A stretch of DNA of 64,000 nt from Octopus vulgaris (Eukaryota): the NCBI GenBank assembly GCA_951406725.2, contig OX597814.1:89094001-89158000 (forward strand), given 5' to 3'. Made by a program: the position numbers and the translations under genes. Under the pieces are notes generated by a model. That model saw only the letters and a program-made list of their open reading frames with translations. It did not search any database and had not been told where the DNA came from. Positions 39,477 through 47,736 of this stretch are shown here, in pieces (position 1 is the stretch's first letter; every line of letters begins with the position of its first letter).

Positions 39477-42400
39477 GTGTATACATGTGATGTCTCTCAC
39501 CACCTGACAGTTGTTGTTGGTTTGTTTATGTCCCCCGTAACCTAGTGGTTCACCAAAGGACACTGACAGAATATAAGACTTAGATGTGTGCTTATGTTTG
39601 TCACTCCACCATCACTTGACTGCCTATGATGGTGTGTTTACATCCCTGTAACTTAACAGCTTGGCAAAAAGAGACCAACAAAATAAGTACTAGGCTTAGT
39701 CCTGGGGTTGATTTCTTAGAATAAAACCCTTTAAAGTGGTGCTCCAGCATGGCTACAGTCAACTGACTGAAACAAGTAAAAGAATAGTATTTTTGTTTGG
39801 CATGCCATTTAGAAAGCCTTGCAGGTTGCTTGTGTCTGATTTAGAAGCTCCCTCTTTGGCATTGGTTGTCCAATTCCTTGTTCGAGTGGCTTGTATTTTT
39901 GTGTATATGATGATAAGAATAAGAATAATGGAAGTGATAGAGTGGATAATAGCATTTGTAGTAATTGTGGTAGTGTTGTTGCAGTTGTAATCATTGAAGG
40001 AAATATGGATGATAATGCTGGAATTGATGTATGGGATGATGATAATGCTGGTAATTGAAGCAAAGATGGCAACAAAAACAAATAATTGATTTTGTCTTAT
40101 TGTTTCTATAAAAACATGTTTAGATAATTTATTTTATTTTATGATTTAGTTTATCCAAGAACAAAAGAAATGCTAGAAAACTCATGGGTTACTGCCCACA
40201 AGAAGATGCTCTTGATTATTTCTTAACTGGACGAGAACTGCTGTGGTACCATGCTAGAATCAGGGGTATACCAAAATCAGAAATAAATGCTGTAAGTTAT
40301 TCATATCGAATTATTATATTTTTTTTCATTTGCATCTCTTTTATATTCTGTGTTTGAATCCAGGTTATCATCTTTTCAACATTGAGAAAAAGAGTACCCG
40401 TTATAATCTAGAACAGATAGAATTGATTGTTACCTCCTTAAATGTTGAGGCTTTTTTCGTATGTTCAGAAATCAATAATTCTTTTTCTTTTAATTCTCAA
40501 TGAAACAATAAGGTAAGATATGAGAGTTGATCCCAGTTTTCTCTACTCAGAGCAATAGAGAACTTTTCTCCAGTTAGGTTTCCAACCTATTGTTGGATTT
40601 GACTATCGGTGGATAAGTGTAAACTAACAAAACAAAGAATGTCATTGGCACGTAAAAAGCACCCACTACACTCACGGAGTGGTTGGCGTTAGGAAGGGCA
40701 TCCAGCTGTAGAAACATTGCCAGATAAGACTGGAGCCTGGTGCAGCCTTCTGGCTTCCCAGATCCCCGGTCGAACCGTCCAACCCATGCTAGCATGGAGA
40801 ACGGACGTTAAACGATGATGATGATGATGATGATAATTGAAAAATAGGATAAAACTTTATAAGAATTTATCAGGTAGTTACTGAATTCCATATACCAAAA
40901 CAATTCTCGATTTGGAATTTGCCTCTTGGAGAAAACAAACAAAACCCTTACAACAATTGCTAATGATCTCAAAGAGGAAGGGAAATATTTTTTTTTTAAT
41001 GTGAATTTTTAATATCTTGTAAATTAAATAAATTTTGAAGACGTACTTGCATAACAACTGACCTGATCTGAGATCGTGTGATGGAACGAAAACAATTGCA
41101 ACATGTAAGGTCTTTATAAGCCATTTAAGAAACACACAAAAACTGTTAGATTCACTTCAATGTTTAAATTTAATTTGTCAAAATATTTTCGTCACTTTGA
41201 GACCGCGACCTGTTCACTGACAAAATTCCATGCTGACTGTTAAATAAATTTTATTCAGTTGAATTATTTATTATTAAATAACTATAATGTTTCTTTTGCT
41301 TCTAATTAGATTCTCTGCCAATTGATAAATACATTAAATCTGGAAAATTGTGCCAACAAATTGATAGGCACTTATAGTGGTGGAATGAAGCGAAAATTGT
41401 CCTTTGCTATTGCATTGCTGGGAGAGCCACCAATAGTACTTCTGGTAAGTAATGATATTTTAATTAATGAATTGAATAGATATCAGATAGAGATGTCAAT
41501 GACTGATGAAAACTAGTGATGCTAACAACTGACACATTGTGTTTTAAGGAAAATAACTTGATTTATAATAATAATAATAATAATAATGAAATTATTGTAT
41601 ACAGTGCTCAGGTGCACCACAACTTGTCAGGAAGTGTGTATAAAGTATATGCAGTAATGTACAAATGTCTGGAAAGCAAATAATGTATGAATCAGATAAA
41701 TGCTTGTGTGTGTATGGAGGGGAGAAAATCAGGTGTAGTGTTGGCGAATCTCAGAAAGGATGGAAGTTTTGAAGGATGCAGTGCTCCGACAACTAACAAA
41801 TGATGCCGGCAGTTTGTTCCATGCTTCAGCAACTCTTGGCATGAAAAAATGTTTCCTAAAGTCATGGGAGCTGTGCTGTTTTCTGACTTTGTAAATATGT
41901 CCACAGGTGTTAGACGGGTGGAGTTTGAAAAGGTACTCAGAGTTATTGTTTGTAAGATGGTTAATAATTTTATGGGTGTCTGCCAAGTCAGCTGCCAGAC
42001 GTCGGAGTTTCAATGTGTCCATGCCCAGGGAAGTCAGGCGTTCAGAATATGGCAAATGCCTGATGGAGGGTATTCTCTTGGTTGCACGTCACTAAACAGT
42101 TTCCAGATGATTATTTAATGTTGTTGATACGCTGTATGATAGATACATAGGAAAATATGTAGTTGTGGGTGAGATAATATTTGGCGGAGTGTACAGTATG
42201 TGTGTGTGTATGTGTGTGTGTGTGTGTGTGTGCGCTCGTGTGCGAGCATGCTTGAAAGCATGATGCAGTCCCCCAACACATCAGATATTGTCAAATTGAA
42301 ACTACCCAGCCCATGCAAGCTAGATGTTAAATGGTGATAATTTTATAGGAGACTACAAACATGGAGTTTAATACCAATCAATGCATGTAGTGTTTATGTC

Positions 42401-42749
42401 ACATTTTGTATTTAACATTGAATTATCACTGTTAGATCTGTGCCTTTCTCATCCAATACATATGAACTGTCTTGACAATTCTCATGCATGTATGCTTGTA
42501 TATGTGTATGTCTGACTGTTTGTATCAGTGAATACATATACTCTTTTACTGTTTTACTTGTTTCAGTCATTTGACTGTGGCCATGCTGGAACATCGCCTT
42601 TAGTCAAGCAAATCGACCCCAGGACTTATTCTTTGTAAGCCTAGTACTTATTCTATCGGTCTATTTTGCCGAACCGCTAAGTTACGGGGACGTAAACACA
42701 CCAGCATCAGTTGTCAAGCGATGTTCGGGGGACAAACACAGACACACAA

Positions 42750-42786
<37 letters not shown>

Positions 42787-45700
42787 TATATACATATATG
42801 TATACATATATACTACAGGCTTCTTTCAGTTTCCGTCTACCAAATCCACTCACAAGGCTTTGGTTGGCCCGAGGCTATAGTAGAAGACACACGCAGTGGG
42901 ACTGAACCCAGCACCATTTGGTTGGTAAGCAAGCTACTTACCACACAGTCACTCCTACGCATATATATTAACTTTAAGGAAGAAAATAAATAAATGAATA
43001 AGAAATGGAAATGACAGGGTCATTATTGTTTTTATTTCCACTTACTTTGTAATTCATTTACATATTTGTCTGTTTTGTTAGGATGAACCAACAGCTGGCA
43101 TGGATCCTGCTGCAAAACGTTTAGTTTGGAACTGTATCCTTAAAGCAACTAGCAAAGGACAATCAGTGGTCCTAACATCTCACAGGTGAGTACACTTAGA
43201 ATTCATAACAGTATTATTACATATTACAATTTTCATAATTGTATCATTGCATAGTACAGTAATATAAAGTTTGGATAGATGAAGGTCTGAGTGACCAAGG
43301 AAACTAATACAGCTACTATAGTTGTTTAGGAAATTGGATTGATATGGTTTTTATATAAACAGCAAATAATATACTTGCTGCTTCATTTCATTTGCACAAT
43401 ATATTATTTAAAAGGAGGAGTTATAAAAAATTGATAAAAAGTATGGAGATTTGTTTGGCAATTAGATTTGGAAAAGCATTGCTTTTTAATGACTTCTTGT
43501 GAGGTTTAATATAGTTAAATTTAGTGTAAATCCTCGAGTATAATCTGCATTTTTTTCTCAAAATCTAAAGGTCAAAATCCCTAGTGCATGCTATACATGA
43601 GGTTAAAAATGAAAATTATTTTCTAAGCAATGTCCGAGTCTCTACTTGCTGTCTGGCAATGTTTATTCAGACACATTTTCTGATGTTGGGCGCAAAAATA
43701 CCTTAAGCTAAGCCTGAAAGCAATGAAGTCATAAAAGAATCATCCATAACTTGCAGTAAGCAACAATTATTAAACGTTATTACTGTTATTACTGTTATTT
43801 CTTTATTTTCTGCAAACAAAATGCACAAAAAAGCTACACGTTTGCATTATGTTATATATACAATAATGATAAAGGACGTTACCGTATACGTTTTTACAAA
43901 CCAAGGACATTATATAGACCTCCTTGACTCAAGTTAAAGAAGGGATGCGTATTATATACAAGGTTTAGGTTTTTCAGAGGTACAGCCCCCTAAAAATCCC
44001 CTATGTATTATACTCAAGGGCGGACTATACTCGATGATTTACAGTAATTTGTATCAACTTCAATAAGGAATTGAGTGAAGTAAAAACAATAGCAAATCAG
44101 AATGAGCATTTCATTATTCTACCAGTAATATCTTGATGATTGCAAATATTTCAAATCAGATTTTTACATATTGACTATTTGTTGAGATTTTTCTCATATT
44201 TGTTGTCGCCAGTGTTGTCATTGTCATTGTTGTCATCATCATTGTCATGATGATGATGATGATGATGATGTAATGCCCATTTTCCATGCTGGCATAGGTT
44301 GGATGGTTTGACAGGATCTGGTGAGCTGCAGGTCTGTGCCAAACTCCAGTGTCAGCTTTGGCATGGTTTATTGGTATAAATATAAAATGAATTTCTTGCT
44401 ATTTCTATAACTTTCTAAATTAAAGTTTTACTATTGCAATTACTAAATTCTTTTTTTGCAGCATGCAAGAATGTGATGTACTCTGCAACAGGTTGTGTAT
44501 TATGGTCAATGGACAATTCAAATGCATTGGCAGTCCTCAACACCTCAAGAACAAGTAAGTGTTGAATAAAATAATTGATATATTGTTATTTCTACCTCTT
44601 GAACAGTCCCACTGTGTAGCACCTTAGGCAAGTACCTTCTACTATAACCTCAGGTTGACAAAAGCTTTGTGAGTGGATTTGGTGGATGGAAACTGAAAGA
44701 TGCTTGTCACATATATATAAATGAGTAAATATTCAAATGAATATTCATATAGATATTATTATTATTATTATTATTATTATTAGCAGTAAATATATAAATA
44801 ATTAATCCTTTCTACTATAGTCTCAAGGCCTGAAAACTAGTCAATTACATCAACTCCAGTACTTAACTGATACTTAATTTATCGACTCTGAAATGATGAA
44901 AGGCAAAGTTGATGGCAAATATATAAATAATTAAGATATAAATAAGGAAATAATTTATTCTCAAACACAGAATAATGTTAGTAGAATAGGAACAGGATAA
45001 AATATCCATATTTAAAGGAAAAATTTGTCAGCAGCCATCCATGAGACTTGAACTCACATCCCTGTGATTATCGGTCAAGTGCTTTACACACACACACACA
45101 CAGATACCAGTAGACAATTATTTATTGGAACACTAAAATCTTTGTAGGGCTAGTTGAGGGAGGAGGAGGGTGTAGTGACTATAGCAGACTGACATGTACT
45201 GATAAACTGACACATAAGTCTTACCAAACTAATTTTATTAATATAGATTTAAATTTCGTTAATTTAGAATATTTGCATATTTGGCATAATTTGTGGATTA
45301 CAGTTGTTAATTATTGGATTTTAGGAATGCATTGACAGTCAGTATTAATGCTTGTTTGATTTTTATTTATTTATTTTTATTTTTATTTATTAATTTTTTT
45401 TTTTTTTTACAGATTCAGTAAAGGATATTCATTAAGCATCAACCTAAAAGAAATCTTGTCAGATTCTTCCAATCTTGATAAATATGTGTTTGAAAATTTC
45501 CCTGGCTCAGAAAAGAAGGTAAACTTACCATCCATTTATTTTATATGCCCTTTCTCTTTTAAGTTTGTATGGTGTAATTTGAAGGTGATTTGGTCACAAT
45601 TTCTAGCTAGTAAAATGAGTTTGTACAAGCATGTTACTCCTGTTAGTTTCATTTCCTGTAGAAACATATGCTAGTTAACATGGAGCTAGTCTAATTATCT

Positions 45701-47736
45701 ATCAAGTTGAAAGTCAAGTAAATTGTTAAGATTAATTTTTGCTTCTGAAACTATTTCATATTGCTTCATTTTGGTATGTGCCAACACAATTTTCAGTTGG
45801 GTCAGTATATGACAGTAATACATAAAATCTATGCCATAATAAGTTCTTTTAAAAATAATTATTGATCTCTCTCTCTCTTTCTCTCTCTCTCTCTTTCTCT
45901 TTCTCTGCATGTGTGTGGCAGGTGTATGGTGTGTGAGTGTGTAGCTATATATAAAACAATAAGCATCACTCTTTTCAAGCCTGTGGTGTTTGTGTACCCC
46001 CCAGCTGGACCGGACGGCAGTCCATCGCAGCATTGCTCAAGAAACAGGAAGAGAGAGTGAGAGAAAGTTGTAGTGAAAGAGTACAACAGGGGTCGCCACC
46101 ACCCCCTGCTGGAGCCTCGTGGAGCTTTTAGGTGTTTTCACTCAATAACACACACAATGCCCGGTCTGGGAATCGAAATCATGATCCTATGACCACAAGT
46201 CTGCTGCCCTAACCACTGAGTCATTGCACCTCCAAAAAATATGGAATGCTGGTAGGATTGTCAACACAGTAGACACAATGCTTAGTGGCATTTCTTTTGG
46301 CTCTTTATGTTCTGAGTTCAAATTCTGCTGTGGTTGATTTTGCCTTTCATCCTTTCAAGGCCAATGAAATAAGTACTAGTTAAGTATTGGTATCAATGAA
46401 ATCAAATAACCCTCTCACCCAAAATGTCAGGCTCTGAGCCTATAGTTAAAATAATTATTTTATATGATGTTATAACGATTTCTACTCTGGAAATGAGCAA
46501 TATCATAGAGTATATGTGAGCACTTGATCCTTTCATTTCAAATCTGCTCTTCATTCTCTTAACTGATTGCATTGCTAATTTTTATTGGAAATGAATTTAA
46601 ACTAGAATTGCTTTCTCTCCACTCTCAAATTTAATAGGACTAAAAAAAAGAACCTATTTGTTAGAAACTGTCAATAACAAAATATGAAGCAAAAAATACA
46701 ATCTTTTACTGAGTGACTCATTTCACATTTATTTGAAATATATAGAGCATTCAACTGAGTAGCTATTTCTTGTTTTGAGGAGTTTAATGTTTTATTTCAT
46801 ATATTTATACTTACTGAGCATGTAGAATAGCTGTTAACTCTTCTAACACATTTGTATAATTTCAGGATAGTCACAATACTACCCTGCAATACTCTATCCC
46901 TAAGAACACTTCTAAGGTTGCAAATATATTTGAAGTACTGGAAAAAGGAAAGAATCTCTTTGCTATTCAAGATTATGCTGTATCACAAACAACATTAGAT
47001 ATGGTAAGTAAATTAACTTATTTAATAAATAACATTATAAATAAAAATCTTAAAAAGATATATTCTTGAAGAAATAACAATTAAAATACTTCTAAATCCA
47101 AAATGAATTAAAATAGAAGTCATACATGTCTATTGAAGATAATGAAATTAAAGTATGTCTCATCAAATATTATTAAGATCTTATAAAGAGATTGGATTGG
47201 CAGGGATCATCTGTGTATTCAACAAAATGCTTTGCAGTGTTTTTTTTATCTCTTTTCATTCCGTGTTCTAGTACTTATATTATAAATTATCAATATGCTG
47301 CCGTTTGTTGATATGGAAGCATTTATTTCCATATGAATGAGAAAACATGGTAATCCTTATAACTTTCACCAAGGTGTTTCATGGTCGGGTTCAAGAGCCT
47401 TGACAAAGGGCATTGACAGAGCTGGCATGAGTAAAATATAACAGATTACAAAACAAGCAATTTAATTTAGTTAATTCTCAAAATTTAGTTAATTGTTTGG
47501 TTTAACTTTTAATGAATAATTTTTTTTTTGTTTTTAAATCTTTTTACATGGATTGTTCATTTTGATTTTTCTAGGTCTTTCTGGGTTTTACAAAGGAGCA
47601 AACAGATGGTTTTGTTGATGAAATTGATGAGGAAGACTATCCAGCATATGCATATGACCACAAAGCTTTTAGCCTTGAACCTGAGATGTTATACAGTGAT
47701 CCAAAGCTAAAATACACCCAGACTTCTAATTTATAA
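28..47736 (+). CDS. ABCA1-like: ABC transporter subfamily A (ABCA1/4/7/12/13-type full transporter), 5'-partial; 36 exons, 1767 aa in window
   Basis: Exons 28-144, 2032-2281, 5898-6045, 6654-6839, 7745-7862, 9146-9336, 9895-10033, 10206-10410, 12944-13060, 14127-14304, 15391-15510, 16069-16152, 17668-17864, 19289-19461, 21371-21398, 22742-22953, 23536-23686, 26298-26538, 27171-27272, 27555-27800, 28929-29101, 30799-30859, 31949-32126, 32352-32467, 33588-33735, 35303-35550, 36741-36861, 37700-37768, 39073-39179, 40150-40291, 41310-41444, 43082-43185, 44462-44554, 45413-45518, 46866-47003, 47575-47736. All are AG/GT bounded and join into one open frame with two NBDs ([28 protein letters not shown]; [28 protein letters not shown]) and ABCA motifs [40 protein letters not shown]. 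Exact orthology unresolved. Confidence 0.95.
411..1330 (+). mobile_element. Decayed hAT (Charlie/SPIN-like) transposon 5' part, interrupted by a SINE
   Basis: TIR-like GGGGGGCAAACTATGGCTC near 415; BED-finger remnant ...[16 protein letters not shown] at ~1190-1236. Confidence 0.6.
671..1082 (+). mobile_element. tRNA-derived SINE with (GAGTAAAA)n tail
   Basis: TGGCCGTGTGGT...GGTTCAGTCCC; homologous copies at 42540-42962(-), 26680-27112(-), 12580-12661, 39500-39785 and ~8000-8310. Confidence 0.85.
2032..2281 (+). CDS. ABCA exon 2 (ECD1)
   Basis: tttcag|KYTETEF...[11 protein letters not shown]...EFLA|gtaaga. Confidence 0.9.
4021..4698. repeat. Long imperfect inverted repeat (~330-bp arms, 18-nt loop)
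   Basis: 4021-4351 is the reverse complement of 4370-4698. Confidence 0.93.
5104..5620 (+). mobile_element. Non-autonomous Helitron
   Basis: 5' TC, 3' hairpin CCCGAGCAACGCCGGG, 8 nt, then CTAG; inserted at A/T with no TSD; second copy at 52750-53166. Confidence 0.85.
5898..6045 (+). CDS. ABCA exon 3 (ECD1)
   Basis: ttccag|AIIFLD...RRSKR...[19 protein letters not shown]|gtaaga. Confidence 0.9.
6654..6839 (+). CDS. ABCA exon 4
   Basis: YWRPRPEDN...[14 protein letters not shown]...QFPYPC. Confidence 0.93.
7065..7298 (-). mobile_element. Short SINE (TCGACCCCGAAAGGATGAAAGGCAAAGTCAACC family)
   Basis: Homologous copies at 14590-14820(-), 18843-19068(+), 23878-24013(+), 29320-29470(-), 46251-46450(+), 49190-49400(+). 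Confidence 0.8.
7745..7862 (+). CDS. ABCA exon 5 (TM2)
   Basis: [10 protein letters not shown]...[11 protein letters not shown]|gtaagt. Confidence 0.92.
9146..9336 (+). CDS. ABCA exon 6 (TMD1)
   Basis: ALRVMGM...WLAWMIS; hydrophobic helices; AG/GT bounded. Confidence 0.92.
9895..10033 (+). CDS. ABCA exon 7 (TMD1)
   Basis: [13 protein letters not shown]...[10 protein letters not shown]. Confidence 0.92.
10206..10410 (+). CDS. ABCA exon 8 (TMD1)
   Basis: [11 protein letters not shown]...[10 protein letters not shown]...[11 protein letters not shown]. Confidence 0.93.
11025..11265 (-). mobile_element. Diverged tRNA-head SINE
   Basis: GGAGCAATGTGAAATGAACTGTTTTGCTCAAGAAC core; related copy at 37405-37650(+). 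Confidence 0.65.
12944..13060 (+). CDS. ABCA exon 9
   Basis: [17 protein letters not shown]. Confidence 0.93.
14127..14304 (+). CDS. ABCA exon 10 (NBD1 Walker A)
   Basis: [28 protein letters not shown]. Confidence 0.95.
14590..14820 (-). mobile_element. Short SINE, family of 7065-7298
   Basis: Colinear with 7065-7298. Confidence 0.8.
14940..15210 (+). mobile_element. RTE 3'-UTR fragment with (GAT)n tail
   Basis: Homologous to 54350-54660; other copies at 2950-3241, 12775-12910, 40645-40835, 24790-25020(-), 36960-37220(-), 44270-44370(-). Confidence 0.75.
15391..15510 (+). CDS. ABCA exon 11 (NBD1 Q-loop)
   Basis: NMLTGL...[12 protein letters not shown]. Confidence 0.93.
16069..16152 (+). 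CDS. ABCA exon 12
   Basis: [15 protein letters not shown]; ttacag/gtgagt. Confidence 0.9.
17220..17545 (-). mobile_element. tRNA-head SINE, same head family, no U6
   Basis: Shares head and body with the 45965-46233 copy. Confidence 0.8.
17668..17864 (+). CDS. ABCA exon 13 (NBD1 signature, Walker B)
   Basis: [15 protein letters not shown]...[22 protein letters not shown]. Confidence 0.95.
18843..19068 (+). mobile_element. Short SINE, family of 7065-7298
   Basis: Reverse complement of 7065-7298; the empty site is visible at 19940-19950. Confidence 0.82.
19289..19461 (+). CDS. ABCA exon 14 (NBD1 H-loop)
   Basis: [19 protein letters not shown]...CCGSTLFLK. Confidence 0.95.
20537..20750. mobile_element. 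Mariner-derived MITE
   Basis: TIRs TACAAGGGGTTCTGAAGAGTTCCTGGCTTT / AAAGACAGGAACTTTTCAACATCCCTTCAT. Confidence 0.7.
20781..21001. repeat. Fold-back hairpin (~100-bp arms)
   Basis: ATAGTGGGG...CAAACACTGC / GCAGTGTTTG...CCCCACTAT. Confidence 0.88.
21371..21398 (+). CDS. ABCA 28-nt microexon (exon 15)
   Basis: ttttctag|GGTTCTGCAAATTCACTTACAGCAAGTG|gtaagt; converts phase 0 to phase 1 as the flanking exons require. Confidence 0.8.
22742..22953 (+). CDS. ABCA exon 16 (regulatory domain 1)
   Basis: [15 protein letters not shown]|gtaatg. Confidence 0.93.
23536..23686 (+). CDS. ABCA exon 17
   Basis: VFLQARE...NS|gtgagt. Confidence 0.88.
24014..24296. mobile_element. Solo LTR (283 bp) inserted in a SINE
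   Basis: Termini TGTGG...CCACA; perfect 5-bp TSD CCAGT (24009-24013 and 24297-24301); GC-rich interior. Confidence 0.8.
25025..25345. repeat. Mixed (TA)/(TG)/(CA) microsatellite
   Basis: Directly visible. Confidence 0.85.
25548..26053 (-). mobile_element. tRNA-head SINE (3' partner of the U6 chimera)
   Basis: A-box TGGCCCAGTGG and B-box GGTTTCGATTC; head shared with 17220-17545 and 45965-46233; 3' half shared with 34315-34650. Confidence 0.85.
26054..26161 (-). pseudogene. U6: Full-length U6 snRNA retrocopy fused to a tRNA-SINE head
   Basis: Minus strand GTACTAGCTATGGCAGTACATATTCTAAAATTGGAACGATGCAGAGAAGATTAGCATGGCTCCTGTGCAAGGATGACATGCAAATTCGTGAAGTATTCCATATTTTTT (108 nt). ACAGAGA box altered to GCAGAGA; no recognisable PSE. 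Confidence 0.92.
26298..26538 (+). CDS. ABCA exon 18 (TM7)
   Basis: [14 protein letters not shown]...ILLPCIF...LSPALY. Confidence 0.92.
26680..27112 (-). mobile_element. Diverged SINE, family of 671-1082
   Basis: GCTATAGTAGAAGACACTTGCC and TTTTACTTGTTTC motifs. Confidence 0.7.
27171..27272 (+). CDS. ABCA exon 19 (ECD2)
   Basis: PGVGTTCM motif. Confidence 0.9.
27362..27508 (+). repeat. Tandem duplication (~65-bp units)
   Basis: CAATTACTA.AGTCA...TTACATTTTAAA...TTCATATGTTC occurs twice. Confidence 0.75.
27555..27800 (+). CDS. ABCA exon 20 (ECD2)
   Basis: [10 protein letters not shown]...GIPP...TDFLQNL...VSEYLL. Confidence 0.9.
28929..29101 (+). CDS. ABCA exon 21 (ECD2)
   Basis: RYGGWT...[16 protein letters not shown]...NAILR. 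Confidence 0.93.
29486..29630 (+). repeat. Compound microsatellite (TAA)n-(AAG/AGG)n-(AG)n
   Basis: Directly visible. Confidence 0.9.
29645..30351 (+). mobile_element. R4/Dong-type non-LTR retrotransposon 3' fragment (RLE domain), decayed
   Basis: HIVKECP...[34 protein letters not shown]...[10 protein letters not shown]; (TAA)n tail. Confidence 0.8.
30799..30859 (+). CDS. ABCA exon 22
   Basis: [11 protein letters not shown]; phases match neighbours. Confidence 0.88.
31949..32126 (+). CDS. ABCA exon 23 (TMD2)
   Basis: [16 protein letters not shown]...[18 protein letters not shown]. Confidence 0.93.
32352..32467 (+). CDS. ABCA exon 24 (TMD2)
   Basis: [10 protein letters not shown]...[13 protein letters not shown]. 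Confidence 0.9.
33588..33735 (+). CDS. ABCA exon 25 (TMD2)
   Basis: WASIPLMY...FKDPTTSY. Confidence 0.92.
33792..34016. mobile_element. piggyBac-like MITE, decayed
   Basis: TTAAACGTTTAGCATT ... AATTCTAAAGGGCTAA termini (TTAA-CCC..GGG-TTAA type). Confidence 0.55.
34315..34650 (+). mobile_element. tRNA-head SINE
   Basis: TGGTTCAGTGG...GATTCGATTCC; 3' half homologous to 25550-25735. Confidence 0.75.
35303..35550 (+). CDS. ABCA exon 26 (TMD2)
   Basis: [14 protein letters not shown]...[12 protein letters not shown]. Confidence 0.92.
36000..36665 (+). mobile_element. Mariner transposase remnant (DD34D)
   Basis: [38 protein letters not shown]; stops and frameshifts. Confidence 0.85.
36741..36861 (+). 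CDS. ABCA exon 27
   Basis: [12 protein letters not shown]...LTK. Confidence 0.92.
37700..37768 (+). CDS. ABCA exon 28
   Basis: [13 protein letters not shown]. Confidence 0.9.
39073..39179 (+). CDS. ABCA exon 29 (NBD2 Walker A)
   Basis: [21 protein letters not shown]. Confidence 0.95.
39500..39785 (+). mobile_element. SINE 3' portions, family of 671-1082
   Basis: GTGCTCCAGCATGGCTACAGTC...GAAACAAGTAAAAGA. Confidence 0.7.
40150..40291 (+). CDS. ABCA exon 30 (NBD2 Q-loop)
   Basis: [11 protein letters not shown]...LTGRELL...ARIRGIP. Confidence 0.95.
41172..41227 (-). ncRNA. Putative minimal type I hammerhead ribozyme variant (Penelope-type)
   Basis: UUUGUCA-GUGAACA-G-GUCGC(9-nt loop)GUGAC-GAA-AAUAUU-U-UGACAAA. 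Confidence 0.5.
41310..41444 (+). CDS. ABCA exon 31 (NBD2 signature)
   Basis: [26 protein letters not shown]. Confidence 0.95.
41566..42125 (-). mobile_element. CR1-clade LINE 3' end
   Basis: [21 protein letters not shown]...GH.YK...[15 protein letters not shown]; (ATT)n tail. Confidence 0.85.
42540..42962 (-). mobile_element. SINE, same family as 671-1082
   Basis: Near-colinear reverse complement of 671-1082. Confidence 0.85.
43082..43185 (+). CDS. ABCA exon 32 (Walker B/H-loop)
   Basis: [16 protein letters not shown]...SVVLTSH. Confidence 0.95.
43522..44046. mobile_element. TA-flanked MITE (Tc1/pogo-type)
   Basis: TIRs TAGTGTAAATCCTCGAGTATAATCTGC / GCGGACTATACTCGATGATTTACAGTA. Confidence 0.75.
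44462..44554 (+). CDS. ABCA exon 33
   Basis: [31 protein letters not shown]. Confidence 0.95.
45413..45518 (+). CDS. ABCA exon 34
   Basis: KFSKGYSL...ENFPGS. Confidence 0.9.
45965..46250 (-). mobile_element. tRNA-head SINE with a 17-nt U6 3'-end remnant
   Basis: Same head as 25548-26053, abutting AGCATTCCATATTTTTT (46234-46250). Confidence 0.8.
46866..47003 (+). CDS. ABCA exon 35
   Basis: [13 protein letters not shown]. Confidence 0.93.
47575..47736 (+). CDS. ABCA terminal coding exon
   Basis: VFLGFTKEQ (VFVNFA-like motif)...YTQTSNL then TAA at 47734-47736. Confidence 0.9.
   Translation, partial: VFLGFTKEQTDGFVDEIDEEDYPAYAYDHKAFSLEPEMLYSDPKLKYTQTSNL

Noticed and set aside
45030-45090. 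tRNA-like sequence on the minus strand
   Set aside because: B-box present but no complete cloverleaf; more likely a decayed SINE head.
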